Source: Thalia democratica (lineage: Eukaryota). From it: a stretch of 64,000 nucleotides of DNA. Of the stretch, positions 39,968-53,637 are shown in pieces. The position numbers and the translations under genes are program-made. The first letter of the stretch is position 1; each line of letters starts with the position of its first letter. Below the pieces are notes generated by a model that was not told the origin of the DNA, did not search any database, and saw nothing but the letters and a program-made list of their open reading frames with translations. The DNA lies in assembly GCA_965202585.1 (NCBI GenBank), contig OZ241829.1:66216001-66280000 (forward strand), in the 5' to 3' direction.

Positions 39968-40278
39968 CAGAGTGGCCACTGGTTTTTAAGATATTTCTTC
40001 AAGGTTTTCTGAATTTCTTCCAGGTATTTGAAAGTACATGTTTTTGGGTCGCTTTTTAGTTTAAAGTTTAAGTATGAAACTGTGTTAAATAGTATAGCAA
40101 CATTGAAAATATACTGTAAATCTACTTTAAATCTGTTTCTTAATAAAAAAATTGATGATAACAAAAATTTTAAATCTATATGGTAGATTTGTTATGTCAA
40201 ATCAAAATTTTACAACTAAAGATTTAAAAATTGTTTAAAATTTCAGGTTTTTCCAGGTTTTGTGGCCTGGCCACCCTG
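39968..40278. mobile_element. Second member of the CAGGGT(T/G)GCCA MITE family
   Basis: CAGAGTGGCCA ... TGGCCACCCTG termini; internal tgtgttaaatagtata...cattgaaaa.atactgtaaa shared with 29658..30047. Confidence 0.65.
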
Positions 40279-42079
40279 TTATTATTAAAACAATATAACT
40301 TATCTTAAAGTGGAAGACAACAACTTCAGACAATTTAATTCATCTGTAGTAACTTTAAGGCAATAGATTTTTCAACATAAGTATACAGTCTTTTATTGAT
40401 TTTTTTGCTATTTTATTAAAAAAATAAATGTATTATTAAAAATTGATACTCAACTAAATTAAACTGTTAAAACAAGAAAGAAAAAACTTGAGTAATAAAC
40501 TTGAAAGTATGCTTTAAAAAACTAGATAAAATAAGTAAATAAATAATAATATTTTTTTTACTTTTACAATTTTAGTGTTTTTGTATTTTTGAATCTCATG
40601 TTTTGAAATCTCATGTTTTGCAAGCATGCCATGTTTGAAAATCCCCTGTGTTAAATAGCTTTATTCATGGTAGCTTGAAAAACTCGAAAAACATTTGCAA
40701 AAAAGTAGCAAATAACTTTTTTTCAATATAAAATGTTGCCAGTGAACAACTATTAATAAATAAACATTAAAAATCTTAATTAAATAAACAGGATGCTGAG
40801 TAATTTAGACTATCTTGAATATTGTTGTATCTTATATCCAAATATGCCGTTTTGTCAAACTACAATAAAAAGACTTATTAAGTATAAAGCATAAATTAAT
40901 TTAAAGTACTTTATTTTATTCCCTCCCCTATGACGTCATCACAAATCGCAAGGTTTTGAACCAGTAAATGTTTAAAAATGTTTTTAAGACAGTTTTACGT
41001 TTAATTATTTTAAGTTACTACTTGAGATTTATTTTTATTTAGTTAAATTAAATTTCGATGATTGATAAGTAAAGATCAAATCAAAATAAAACTTTTAAGT
41101 GATTTTAAATACGAAAAAAGCAAAGTTACTCATTTTTTGACAAAAAAACCATACTTTTTAAAGTAAAGCATAAAAACTAAACTAGGGAAATGGGTTACCA
41201 TAAATTAAGATTTCAAAATGCTTTTAGCCACCTTACAGTTTTGCGTTTATTTGACATTTTTAAGTTTGCTTGTATGATTTAAGATTCCCAATAGTTGTGG
41301 AAACTAATAATCTTTTTAAGCTAGATATCAAGCAGGTTGTTAGAAAATTAGCTATTCCTAAATTGTTCCTTTTTTAATGAAAATAAACACCTTTCATGTG
41401 GCAAACTTGTGGTAAAACTGCAGGAGTTCAAAAAGAAACGGAGCAAAGCACTGTTTCAAACGTACACTTCCTCAACTAGTAACAAAGAGTACTTTGGCAA
41501 ATTGAAAAAAAAGTTCTCTTCATTAAAATTCTGACAGTAGCACCAATTATTTTTTATTGCGGCAGTAAGCACGTAAGTTATAGAAAAAGTTAGCTTGAAC
41601 GTGTAGTAGTCGTCGAAGCAAAAAAGTCGAAGCAAAAAGTTTGAAAAGTTTCAAAACGTTTTCTCAAGTACATAGGTGAATAAAATTGTAAGCGCTGTTT
41701 GTGTAAAAAACTAACTTTAACTAGCTAGCTGATATTGAAATACCAACAAATTATTTTTTTAATTTTACCAACCAACAGTATTCAATAATTACAATTTGTT
41801 AAAACACTAATACCTTGTTAGACTTAACAATTAAGTTAAGACTAAGAAAACTTATCTTTTATTCTATAAAATATTTTAAACTTGTTTAAGATCATGTAAC
41901 ATGTTAAACAGTCATATAAATTAGTATAAAGTATATTTTTTTTACAAAGAACAAGTTATAGGTAAATATGTATAAAAATTTTATAAAACTACTGCTTATT
42001 TACTATGTTTATATTTTTTACATAGCAGCATATTTGAATGTCTTACAATTGATTTTACTCCAAAATATAAAAATTATAC

Positions 42080-43737
42080 ATGGTAAAAAATGCAGTTTAG
42101 TATAATAAAAGCGGAGACATTTTTCAAAAGTTTTTCTCAATGTAGAGGTGTTATTAACAACGTCATTAAGAGTTATCAAGAGAATTACGAAACCATAAAA
42201 TCAGATTAAAAGAATACACAAAAGTTAATTGAAAAGGCTAAAAAGCTTTATGGTTATGACACTGCTTATCTGAAATAAAACCTTTCTTCCAGGCTTCAAA
42301 GACAAACTTGAGTTGTTGAACGACAATTGCCCTGATCATAAGATTTCGAAAAACTCCATCATTGGAAGAGACAATATGAAAGAAATAATATTTTGGTCAC
42401 AACTAGAACTCTTAGATGACTCCAAAAGTGTTAAAATTTACAGAGTCGGCTCATCTGACATGCTTGCGGCAGATTCTAGCCTTTTTGAAAGCTCGCAAAA
42501 AAAATTCTGTTACACGAAACTTCGGTAAAAAAGTAGAAGGGATCTTGAAAACAGGGTTCAAACCTTCGCGAAATGAATAATATGGTCCCGTGGTGTATAT
42601 CTCTAGTAGTATTAAAACCGAACACGAAGATAACATTTGTTATGCCCAAGTTCAACTGTTGTTATAAACTCTTATACTTTTTTGTGAACCATAATTCCAA
42701 GCGAATATGCACCAGCCTAAGATTTGAAAGCAAGTACTACATGTTTGAAGGTTATCTCAAGAACGGAGCTTGCAAGTTGTGCACGTCAACAAAATGTTCA
42801 AGGTTCCGGGCACTTTTCAGGACTGCCCGAACAACAAGTTTGACGGGAAGGAAAACTCTAAACGGAACTTTTCACAGGGACGGTACCTTGAACGAAGTTG
42901 TCGCCCATCACGACCTCGTGCGACCCGCTGGAAACCGCCAAGAAACCGGTGATGAGTGAAATTGTGGACCAGGTGGTTGGCAACGGCTTTCCTGGAAAAA
43001 GATCTTAAAGGTATTTCTTCCGGCACGTAAAAGATCAAAGCAAGTTCGCCACTTTGACTCGTTAACGAGAGAGGTCGGGAGGAAAATAGCCGGTTGGAAG
43101 CTGGAGCACAGCGTGGTTGTTTACAGTCCGCTCGAAGAGGAAGTGGAACGCGCCGTGAAGCAGCTTTCATTTCAACTTGGCAGCCTTTTTGAACCGAAGG
43201 ACGATGCAAAGTACAGGACGGAGCCTTTGCAGGAGCAAGACGATGACTACCAGTTTGTCATAAATTTTTTCGATAAGAATAAAAAAGTAAAAAAGATATA
43301 AACCAGATTCATCAAAGTTAACCCCGTCAACAAAAGTGAAGAACTCGGTTTAAAGGACAAATGTTGTTTTCCGTGAAGTTTAATCAAACCAGCGCAGCAA
43401 TGTTCTGACAAACGGTTATTTCAAAGTCTGCAAAACAGAAAATACGAGCTGCGAACCTATTTGCGCCACGACAAACTTTGAAGCTCAAAAAGAAGACGGT
43501 GCAAGTTGTTGCATGGACGGCATCGTACCGAGAAAGCTCTCGTTTGTCGTCGTTGCAAGCACGGGAGCGAATCACGAAGAATTTCGGGTGGAAGGCAGCG
43601 AGTTTGTGAGAGGCAGCAGGGGAAGTAGCTTCGATGCGGGTGAATTGACTGTCGGAAGAGCTGAGGTTGGTGAGAGGAAAAAAAATTGCCAAGTTATAAG
43701 AGATTTTATAGAACCATTTATGCTCCGGCAAAACTGA
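42080..43737 (+). pseudogene. Decayed gene with two tandem PARP-like (ARTD) ADP-ribosyltransferase domains
   Basis: Reconstructed across frameshifts and stops. Domain 1: VKIYRV ... L-H-E-T-S-V-K-/K-V-E-G-I-L-K-T-G-F-K-P-S-R-N-E-*-Y-G-P-V-V-Y-I-S (42510-42605) ... KLLYFFVN ... GTLNEVVAHHDLVRP (~42885-42930), matching HGT..GF..YG.GVY..NE.V. Domain 2: PLQEQDDDYQFVINFF..VKKI, QMLF..NVLTNGYF, KLSFVVVAS..FIEPFML (more degenerate). Confidence 0.55.
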
Positions 43738-45139
43738 TCATCTTTAAGTTAAAATGAAAGTACAAATAACTCGTATATTTTGTTCTTAGGGATGGGTATA
43801 AGCATAAATTGGTTTTGATACCAGTTTACAAAATAAAAATAAGATCTATTGATAAATTTCTCTACTTTATGTTTGGTTTGATATTAAATTTCTCATCTAG
43901 AAAAATTTTATACACTTCTTATAAATTGTTTTCGATTTTTTAATTATTCTTAAAAATTTATAAACTTATTTAGCTTTCAGCATGATATTCTAGCTAGATT
44001 ATATTACTATAAAAGTTGTTATATAAAAAAAAACCATATTGTGGTAATTTTTATTTTAATTTTAATAAAGGTTCTTATAGTTTTTATTTAAAATAAAATA
44101 TTGAAGGTCGTTGTGAAAATAAACCATTTTATAATTTTTTTAATTTAAAATATGACACTTGTGGTATTGCTTATTTGCTTCAGTCACAGTTGCCAGAATT
44201 TTATAGCTATTTTTGCCCTTATATAATTTTTAATGAAAACTTGACATACAAAATATTTTAACCGTTTGGTATCTCCCAAGAGCTAAGTTTGACTTACTTT
44301 GAATATCAATGAATGCTTAGCTTACTATTAAAAAATTATAGTATAGTGCTTTTCTCACAAATTTAAAGTTTATGAATGTAAACTTTTTCATTACTAAATA
44401 CTTAAACTAAAGCCGTTGCATTAGAGCAGAGCAAATTCCTTTACTGTTTTTTAGTTGATTGAAAAGCTACTTTCAAAAATTATAATTTTTTGTTTTTAAA
44501 ACTAATAATTATTTCTAAATGGAGAATTTTGTGAGTTCGCACATTCGGTTAAATGTGCAAGTTATGAGTTTGCACTGCTGCTTAAGTTTGCATTTTAAGA
44601 AATTGTGTTAATAGTATTTTTTCTATTTTTTGCTAAGTAAATATAACTTGAAAACTTTTTTATAAATGTAGTTATTTTTAATTCATTAACTTCTATTTAA
44701 TATACTTGAACGAAATATATTAAAAAATATTATGATACAATGCAAAAATTACATTAACATTAAATGGTCTAATCAACAAAAACCATTCGCTAGTTTGCAG
44801 TTTTAGCGATATTTTAAAACTAAATTTATATAAGTTATCAATACTTATGCTTTTAAAAACAAAAAATTCCCTAAATACTTTTGTTTCTTTATTAAAAACT
44901 TACCTTATTTGTAAAAAATATTGCATTCAATGTTTACATTTTTATCAATACCTAAACTATTTTATATTACCTTTAACATTTATAAGCTTTCAGTAAAAAA
45001 ATAAGGCTTTTTCATAGTTAACATTTTTATAACATGTGAAACTCATGTAAAAGTTTTAAATGGTTAACTTTGAAAAAAAACTGTAAATTAACCCTATAGA
45101 CAGAAAATATATTTAACAACAACAGTATATATAGAAGAA

Positions 45140-45660
45140 TTTTTATTTAAATTTAAGCTGGTCTTATAATATTTCTTGTTCATCATAACAATGAAAAATA
45201 TAAGGATTAAAGCTATTTAAAATAGATACTTTTATTAGTACTTATTAAAACTGAATCATAGAAAATAGAATTTCCGATTAACGGTTATTTTTTATTGATT
45301 ATTTTTTAGATTTGAAAAAAAATTCAAATGGTATAAGTTAATCTACAAAAAACGCTTTAAAAAAGACTAATAAAAACTAAAGCTTTTTTACAAATAACAA
45401 TCAAAGAAAAAGTAAATGTCGATATATAAACTAAAATAGTTAAGAAACAGTTTATTATTTTTAACTTAGCAAAACTAAAAGTGTGAATACACCCTAAAAA
45501 CAGTAAAATCTATTAAACAATGAAAAATACATAAAAGCTTTATTTTTAATTTGAAGCTGGTCTTATAATCCTTTATGTTCATCATAAAAATGATAAAACA
45601 TATGGATTAAAGCTATTTAAAAAATTACTTACATTGGTATTTATTAAAATTATTTAAAAA
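45140..45660 (+). repeat. Direct repeat of ~110 nt, offset ~400 nt
   Basis: aagctggtcttataat...gttcatcataa.aatga...ggattaaagctatttaaaa at ~45155 and ~45554. Confidence 0.7.
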
Positions 45661-47341
45661 AATATATGTTATTTACATTCTTGTTCTAATAGTTTTATGT
45701 CATTAACTAAGTGAAAATGAAAAAAGATCAAACAACATCAGTAAATATACTTTGGAATGTAAAAAAGTAGATTAAGAATATTATCTACACTGGTATTCAT
45801 AATAGTTAAATTTTAATCAAAATGTAGTGCTTAAAATTATAGTTTTAAAAATTCAATTAAAAACTTTCAGTGTGTAATAAAAAAAACTAACTTTTATCCA
45901 TACTTTTAAAAATAAATATAATCGATGGGAAGATATAGCTTAAAATACTTTTTACACTCATATAAAATTGAATATCAAAAACTACAACATTAATTGAAAG
46001 ATTACACACTTAACCTCCAATGTACAAGGTAAAAAGTGTAATTAGTTTAAAACATTCATATATTACCAATTATGTAACAAAAAAAACAGAGATTAAGAAA
46101 AAAAAAATTAATGTTATATGTTTTAAAACATTACATGAGCTTACTTATATACAATAATTAACAAAAAGGTATGTTCCTTTAATCTAATTAATTTAAAATT
46201 TACTACACAATTTTTTTGATCATATAGTATATATGAACTCTGTCTTAAAAGTTTTTTTTCTGAGATTAAAAAAATTAAACTACATGTTTCAAATAACTTA
46301 CTACAATACAACTTTCAAATAAGCTTTAAATAACTAAGCTTTAAAAAGCATTTAATATTGCAAGCTTGAGTAATTTTGTTTGTTCTACATAAATATGAAA
46401 ATCAATTAAAACAAAGCATTTTGAAATCAATTTTTAAACATAAACTTAGTTAAATGTAGTTTAATAAAAATAAGTATAAAAAAACACTAAATAATAACCT
46501 TTTTGTCGATATAAAGTGGACTTAAAAAGTAAAGAAACTTTTAATGCAATCAAAAACTAAATTGCTTTAAACAGTTACTTTTTTTTAGAGTCACCTACTT
46601 CTTTAAAAAAGCTTAAAGTAGCATCAAAGTTAAAAGAAAATTCACACAAGAAGGAACTTTCTTTTGAAAATTTTACCTTTTCAACATAAAACTCGTTAAA
46701 ATGTTATATGTTTGATTTGTTATTAACATGTAGAAAACAAAAACAGCAAAAATATTTTTTTTGTTCAATTTAAAGTAGATTAACACACTGTTATAGTTTC
46801 ATACAACAAAAAAATAGAATTAAACAGGAAATTTTAAGCACATTTTAAGTTAAAAAACAATACATTATCTAATTGTTAAGATTTTTACACAAATCAGTGA
46901 TTGATAAACCTATAATTTTAATAAATGATAAAACAATAGAGGAACATGTTCTTTGTATAAAAATAAATCAAGTTTAACTTTAAAAAAAAAAACTGTGAGT
47001 GATAAAACTACAAATATGTACTAAACTAATTAATAAAAAACATCTCTAAAAAGTTTTCATTTCCTAAAAACTCAGATGAAATAAAACATTAAGAACAAAC
47101 TATTTCAATATATCAAGTATACCTAGCTCTAAAGTTTGTGATTTTACACTTAAATCTTAATAAAGATTGCAAAACCTCTAGGAAACACAACAACTTGTTC
47201 ATAATAATACATACTGTTATATTTTATTGCAAGACATGTATAAAGGTAATTTAAACTTTTTTAAAGAGTTTAAAATTTCAGCTTAACCATTTAAAAATGC
47301 TTTTAGCATTGAAACATATTTTAAAAAAACAAGTTTCAAAC

Positions 47342-48404
47342 CTTTTGAATTTGGGTAGTTGAAGCATCTAATGTGGGTCTGCTGTTTTTTGAATTGAACT
47401 TTTTAATTTCGGACAAAGAAGCTAATTTGAGATATCTATCGAACCACTTTCATTGGTAGTATTTTTTCATATCAACCTACAGAATATAAAAAGTAATTAT
47501 GCTCCCTTTAATATATATACTGGTCATGAAAATGCATGAACAAGGGCATTCAAGTAGACCAACTAAAGTCAAAAATAAAAGTCAAACTATATACAATTTA
47601 TTCATATAATTTTTGAATTTGTGATTAAAGAGATTTTGATAATAATGTTTAAATGTTCGAGATGATCAACAGAACTAGAATTGACTATTTTTCTAAAATT
47701 ATTTCATAAGAAAAGCGTTACAATTTATATGTATAATTTTTGTAGCTTGTTTTACTTAATTTGCTTTAAATAACTTTTATGCTTTTTAATTTAGGGTAAA
47801 TTTACAATTGATAATAACAAGCTTTTTTTGTAAAAAAACTGTTACTTGGTTAAACCCATTCATATTACATAAGACTCTAAAAATAATTTTCAAAATGATT
47901 ACAAATACATAATAATTATATATAATATTATTACAAATTTAGAAATTAAAAACTGAAAAATTAAATAAGAAATTAAAATCTTTCTACTAAATAACTAGAA
48001 GTACTTAATTAAAATCTAAAAAAAAATAACTCTTTACAAGCAGAACCAATATTACATAATGTTAATAAATTTGGTATATAAAAAATAGTTACAACTTTTG
48101 GATGCTTACCGAAATAGCTGAATTTGCCAGCTTTAAAAGTAGCCTTGTCAACAAAAAGGGAATTATAAGTCATCTCCAGTTTTCTTTTTGAATAATCCTT
48201 GCACATGGGCCAAAGGTCATGTTTTATTACAGCTGTGCACTCCGTACGCCTCAAACGAGCAGCTCGTACTTTATCATCAAACATTTAAGCAAGCAGCTGC
48301 TTATGCCTAGTATTGCCTCAAGCATCTTAGCTTGAGTTGTAACATTTATGACAACTATTGTGAATGATGAGGGAGCCTGGTGTAGATTTGTTTTTAAGCC
48401 TCCA
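47342..48404 (-). pseudogene. Two degenerate spliced exons (48110..48404 and 47342..47476) of an unidentified gene or transposase
   Basis: Both have AG acceptors and GT donors and one dominant frame interrupted only by in-frame stops: WRLKNKSTPGSLIIHNSCHKCYNSS*DA*GNTRHKQLLA*MFDDKVRAARLRRTECTAVIKHDLWPMCKDYSKRKLEMTY... and VDMKKYYQ*KWFDRYLKLASLSEIKKFNSK.... Their phases do not join directly. Confidence 0.35.
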
Positions 48405-49480
48405 CTACAAATAATTGATTGTAACTTAATAGTAATTATAATTTCAGATCAAATTCTCTTTATTGAAATTTAAAAAAGTCATACTACAATAACGTTTGTG
48501 AAAAAGTCTTAGAGGCCAAAAAAAAATCAGTAAGTTTAAAAAATGATCTTTGCTCTTTTTCCAAGTATACTTATAATTTAGTTAATTTAAATTTAACTTA
48601 CTTTTTTGAATTTAGTTTTTATATTCTAAGTTTAATTAATTTTGTGTTTACAAATTAAGCAACAATTACAACACTGTTACATAATTAAGTTACAAAAATA
48701 TTTTTAGAGTAATTTAAAGTTTCTGTAGAGTGAGGTTTGATTTACATTTAATAAACTTTTAATAAATAAAAATTCATTTATGTCAAATGAACACTCATAG
48801 TTAATAACACCATATTACAGAAGGCGCATTCAACTAAACGCAGTTTTACAAATGTACAAAAAATAACTTTACATAATAGTTATATTTTTATGAAATGTAT
48901 TTAGCTCATATTAATTAAAACTACCATTTGTTAAATGCTGGCTACTTATAGCATGGTGCATTAGAGTAAAACTTTAAGTATTTTGGTAATATTTAAAATT
49001 CATCAATCATTTTGTAAAAATAAATAAATTACATATATAATCTGTCCATACTATTTATAGGTTTTGTTTATGTCTGTACAGTTTATTGTTATGTTTAATA
49101 TATTCTATAACTTTTACTTAGAAAAATAAGTGAACAAACTAAAAAGCATCTAGAAATTTATCAAACTATACAAATATCTGCTGAAAAATATGCATGCAGT
49201 TATAAAAATTAAAAAAAAAATTTTCATGCTCATGCATTTCTCTTTTACCAACATTTATTTCATATAAACCTGCTTGCTTTTGATGTAACAATCAAATAAA
49301 AAAATTTTTTTAAGAATTTAAACAAATTGTAACATTTCATAGCATAACATTTGTTTCAAATCAACCTGCTTGCTTTTGATGTATCAATTATTTTTTCTTT
49401 AAAAAAATTTAGTTTTTTTTTTTTAAGAATTTAAACAAGTAGAACAACAAAAACAACATGCAATTCATAAACAACTTCAT

Positions 49481-49677
49481 TAAGTAGTATAACAACATTA
49501 AAAAGATACTGTTAAGCTACTTCAAATGTGTTTAAAAAAAAATTATGAGAGATTCTTTATGTCAAACCAAAATTTTACTACTTAATATGTAAAAATTGTT
49601 AACAATTACAGGTTTTCTAGTAACTTGTTTTGAATATTCAAGGTTTTTCCAGGATTCTAGATTTTTTTACCACTCTG
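49481..49677. mobile_element. Partial third copy of the CAGGGT(T/G)GCCA MITE family; another left end at 49776..49786
   Basis: Shares tagtataacaacattaaaaagatactgt and ggtttttccagg with the 29658 and 39968 copies and ends taccactctg; CAGGGTAGCCA follows 100 nt later. Confidence 0.45.
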
Positions 49678-52600
49678 TCAAAAGTTTATCTTTATGTTTT
49701 ACACAATTTCTATAATAATTCATTAGTTGGGTATGTTGTACATTCCATACCACTTGATAAACTATTTATATTAAACAGGGTAGCCAGTGATTTAAAAAAA
49801 ATTTCTTCCTGGTTATCTGATTTTGTTCTACATTTTAGTTTTTAAGTACAAGTTTAGTTGTTTTTTAAGTATAAAATTAAACTAAAGGTAAAAAAATAAT
49901 GAAAAGATACTATACAGCTACTTGATATAAATGGGTTTTTTATTAAACAAAAATATGAAAAATATTTAAAGATATTATCAGTATATAATAGTTCATTTTA
50001 TAAAGAACTTGTTTAAATTTTTAATTTTAAAATTCAAGGTAAAATGGGGAACTAAATAAGTTTTCTTTTAAAAATTTTTGAGAAAATTTTATAAAGTGTG
50101 TTGTACCTTTATAATCAAATTGAAAAGTATTTTAAAAAACAGTGTAAAATTAAGTGCAGGAGCACAAATATAGAAAATCAATATAGTATGACAAAGTGTT
50201 AGTAGCCTCCTAAAACAGATCAAACTTATTTTTAGTCTGGAACTATTTAAAAAATCATCAAAGTAAATTGTATATATAAAAATATAACAACTAGTCCAAC
50301 ACTATGCAAAATAATTAAATCTATTGTTTCAATCAATATTTTCCAATCACCATATAAAACAACAAACCGAACAAAACAGTTGCAAATGTTTCAAAATGAC
50401 ATTAAATAATCAAGAAGTTATTTTTGTAATTTTTTTGAAAATAATTTAAGGACATAGGGCATATAATCATAAAACACTTTTTTTCACAATTTGATATTAT
50501 TTTATATATTTTTACTAAGCTACAAAATGCTTTTTACAGCTTTTAAAAATTCAAAACAATTTTTGAGATATAGCCAGTCAAAGTAAGAGGTAAAAATAGG
50601 TTCCTTACAGGAGTTGCAGACTAAAACTGCAAAAATAGACTATTTCACTAAAAATTTATCTTCTCCTACGTTTTTTGAGATTAGTTTTTAAAAATCTGGG
50701 CCAGAGAGAACCTTGTATACACTAAACACATTTAACTTTGATTATAAAAACTAAAATGTGCAATATTGTATCTAGAGGTAGAATTTAAAAAACAAATTTA
50801 CTACTTCTGTATCAAAACAGATCCTTTCTTTTTTTTATAAAAATATCCTTTAAAGACTATCCTTTTGAAACAGTTAATATTTTATAATCTTTAACTAATA
50901 TATCTACCAAAAATTCAACTTCACAAACTTCATACAAATTTTGTCTTAAATATAAGTCCATTAGCAACCAGAGAAAAAGCACATTTTCAATTTATAACTT
51001 AAAGTTTATTAAAAAAAGAAAAAGAAAACATGTGAGGCTCACAACTAAGGTCGATGGATTGGTGTGCAGAAGGACCTTTCAGTCATGGGCTGCGCACCAT
51101 TTGCTTGTGACTAATACTTTGAGCTAAATTTAAAAACAATAATAAGTGAAAATAAACAAAAACTTAACAACTATTTATACATACAATAAAAACAATGGTA
51201 AGCACTTTTTTTAACCCATTACTGCCAATATTGACCATGGAAACTGTAGTCTACCATGGGCTCCACCCACACTGTCTCCTACCCTAGATTTTGATTTTTA
51301 CATCATTTAAATTTTACTTTTCCCTTTCTACAATAGCAACCAAAAAAATGCAATAAATAACTCAAAAATAAATAAAAGGAAAGAATAGGTAAATTCACTA
51401 CAATAAAATATTTAGTATAATCATAATACTTAAGAGCACCATGTATTTTAAATATTGTCTAGAAAAGTTTTGTATATGCATATAGGTAAAAATTTTAAAT
51501 ATTTGCTTAACTGTTTTATTAAATAGTAAACTTGTTTTATTGAATAAAACAATCAACATGTCCAACCAGCATAAAGTTTGTTTTAATTTAAGTAAATTAA
51601 ATGAAAAACGTAAAAAAATATCTAAGTGCAAAAAAGAGTTTAAAAATTTGCTTTTTTACAATGCTTATGTTTACTTATAGACCAATATTCAAGAAATTTT
51701 AGTTTGAAGTTTATAAAGTAAATTTTTAAGATATAATATGTATAAAATGAAATGATAAAATACTTTCTATCAAAAAGAATAGAAATTTTTTTAACTAATA
51801 TACTATAAATTGAGCTGTTTGATTTTTTTCTATATGGTGAATAAACATCAGTCTCATACTCTACTCCTTATTTTATTCAAACAATGAAATTATTTTAATT
51901 ATCTTAAACTAACAAACAAGATTATTATTAACTTAACCCTTTTTAATGACAGTTTTTAATTAGATTTCTAAAATTTTTTTTAAGGAAAGAACTGATTGTA
52001 ATAATTTTACTTTTATCATTCAACAAGAGTTTGTAAACTTATCATACATTAATTTCAGTTTACTAATTATTTATGCTGTTTTACTCTTTATAAAAGGTTA
52101 CTTTAGAGCAAAAAAGTATTACTAGATGAGCTAAATGTTAGAGTCATCAGAAACTAAAATTTTAAAACTTAAAAAAAAGGGGGTTTTATTTATTCAAAAG
52201 GCAATTTTTTTATTAAAACGGCAATATTTTTTTTCCATAAGCTTTTAGTGTAAAATCACTTATCGCAATTATTTAAGGGCTAAAAGCTAATTTATTACCA
52301 CCTTCCAAAAAAGCAATTTTTTTACTAAGATTTATAGCTTTATAGCTACTTATGGTAACTGTGGCTTCAGTAACCACAAGTTACAAAAGAAGTAAACGGT
52401 TTTTAAAGATAGTTTTCTAAAATAACATGCACTTTTGTTTAAATCTGTGTTATAATGATCTATACTTTATTGACAAATAAAAGCAACATATATTTTTATA
52501 TAACCCAAGCAACAATTTACTTATGTTTCTAACTTAAATTTTCATGTTTAGAGTATTTTTCAGGCTACGCTAATTAAGCTAAAAATTAGAATTTATAAAA

Positions 52601-53130
52601 ACCATTTTTGTAATACTACGTATTTATATATTATCGATTTAGCTTTAAAATACTATAAAACTTAAAATTTAGACGTAATATTTAAACTATTTTGTTATAA
52701 GACTAGTTATGTGGTAAAAGGTGCAAAAACTAGTAAACGGTAATATGAACTTAATAAAAGCTTAACAAAAATCTTAAATAAATAAAATATAAATAATTCA
52801 CAAAGAATATTTAATAGATAAACTTTTGTTTACAAACAATTTGTTGTAGTTGTATTGTATTATTTTTATCTTAATAATTTAATTTGAAAGATCCCAAGCT
52901 AAGGGATTCTCAAAATACTTGTAAATCTCCGCACCAATTTACGAATAAACCACGCGTCGCAACTGAAGTCTAATATACATAAAACTAACAAATGGTGAAA
53001 TGTCATTTTCACATAAGCTATCAACTTAATCATAGTTAATGGCAAAAGATAAAGACGTTTTTTAAGCTAAAATAAAACAACTAACACAGAAAATGTCAAT
53101 TTAAAACAATTATACTCTAACGTACTATAA

Positions 53131-53260
53131 ACGGGAAAGGGTCAAATATGCACGAAGAGACACTTTTGCACAATTTTTTTTTTGCACGAAGATAATTTTT
53201 CACGAAGACACTTTTGCGCGAAGACCATTTAGCACAAGGGGAAGTTTTTGCACGGCGGTT
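53131..53260. mobile_element. Left-end fragment of the TTGCACGA MITE family
   Basis: acgggaaagggtcaaatatgcacgaag followed by about six ttttgcacgaag-type units, matching the left end at 12623. Confidence 0.6.
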
Positions 53261-53637
53261 TACAATCTGTATATTGGATTTGGCCCACAAAGCAGAAACT
53301 TCTTTGGCGTTCGTTGTAAATTTATCTTGAAAACAACTAAAATACATTTACCTTTTCGCTTGTGTTTTTAATTAAGTTTTCCGTAAACAATACTTATTGA
53401 AAGTTATTATTTCAATATAACCATTTGTTTAAAGATTTGAAAAGTATATACGGCACAGTTCTTTTAAAATAAGGAAGCTTGCTAAGATTTCATTTTTAGT
53501 ATGATCGACTGAAAAGGATGTTATAATAAGTCTAACCCATCGACTAGAAAAGTTTTCTATCCATATTATTGGTAATAAAAGAATAATAGAACATTATATC
53601 AAAGTGTAATTTAGCATAATTTCTTTTTTTAATAAAA

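Noticed and set aside
30977-40164. Short AT-rich ORFs in the track (30977, 31446, 32902, 36600, 38619, 39964) and similar ones elsewhere
   Set aside because: F/L/K/I/N-rich low-complexity translations typical of random AT-rich DNA, with no motifs or codon bias.
40931-40938. TGACGTCA (CRE/ATF palindrome), also at ~362
   Set aside because: An 8-mer with no defined promoter context; it cannot be supported from sequence alone.
47342-48404. Stop-codon reassignment (TAA/TGA read as sense) or selenocysteine
   Set aside because: Both aminopeptidases terminate at TAA at the expected position, the stops are of mixed type, and no SECIS-like structure was identified.
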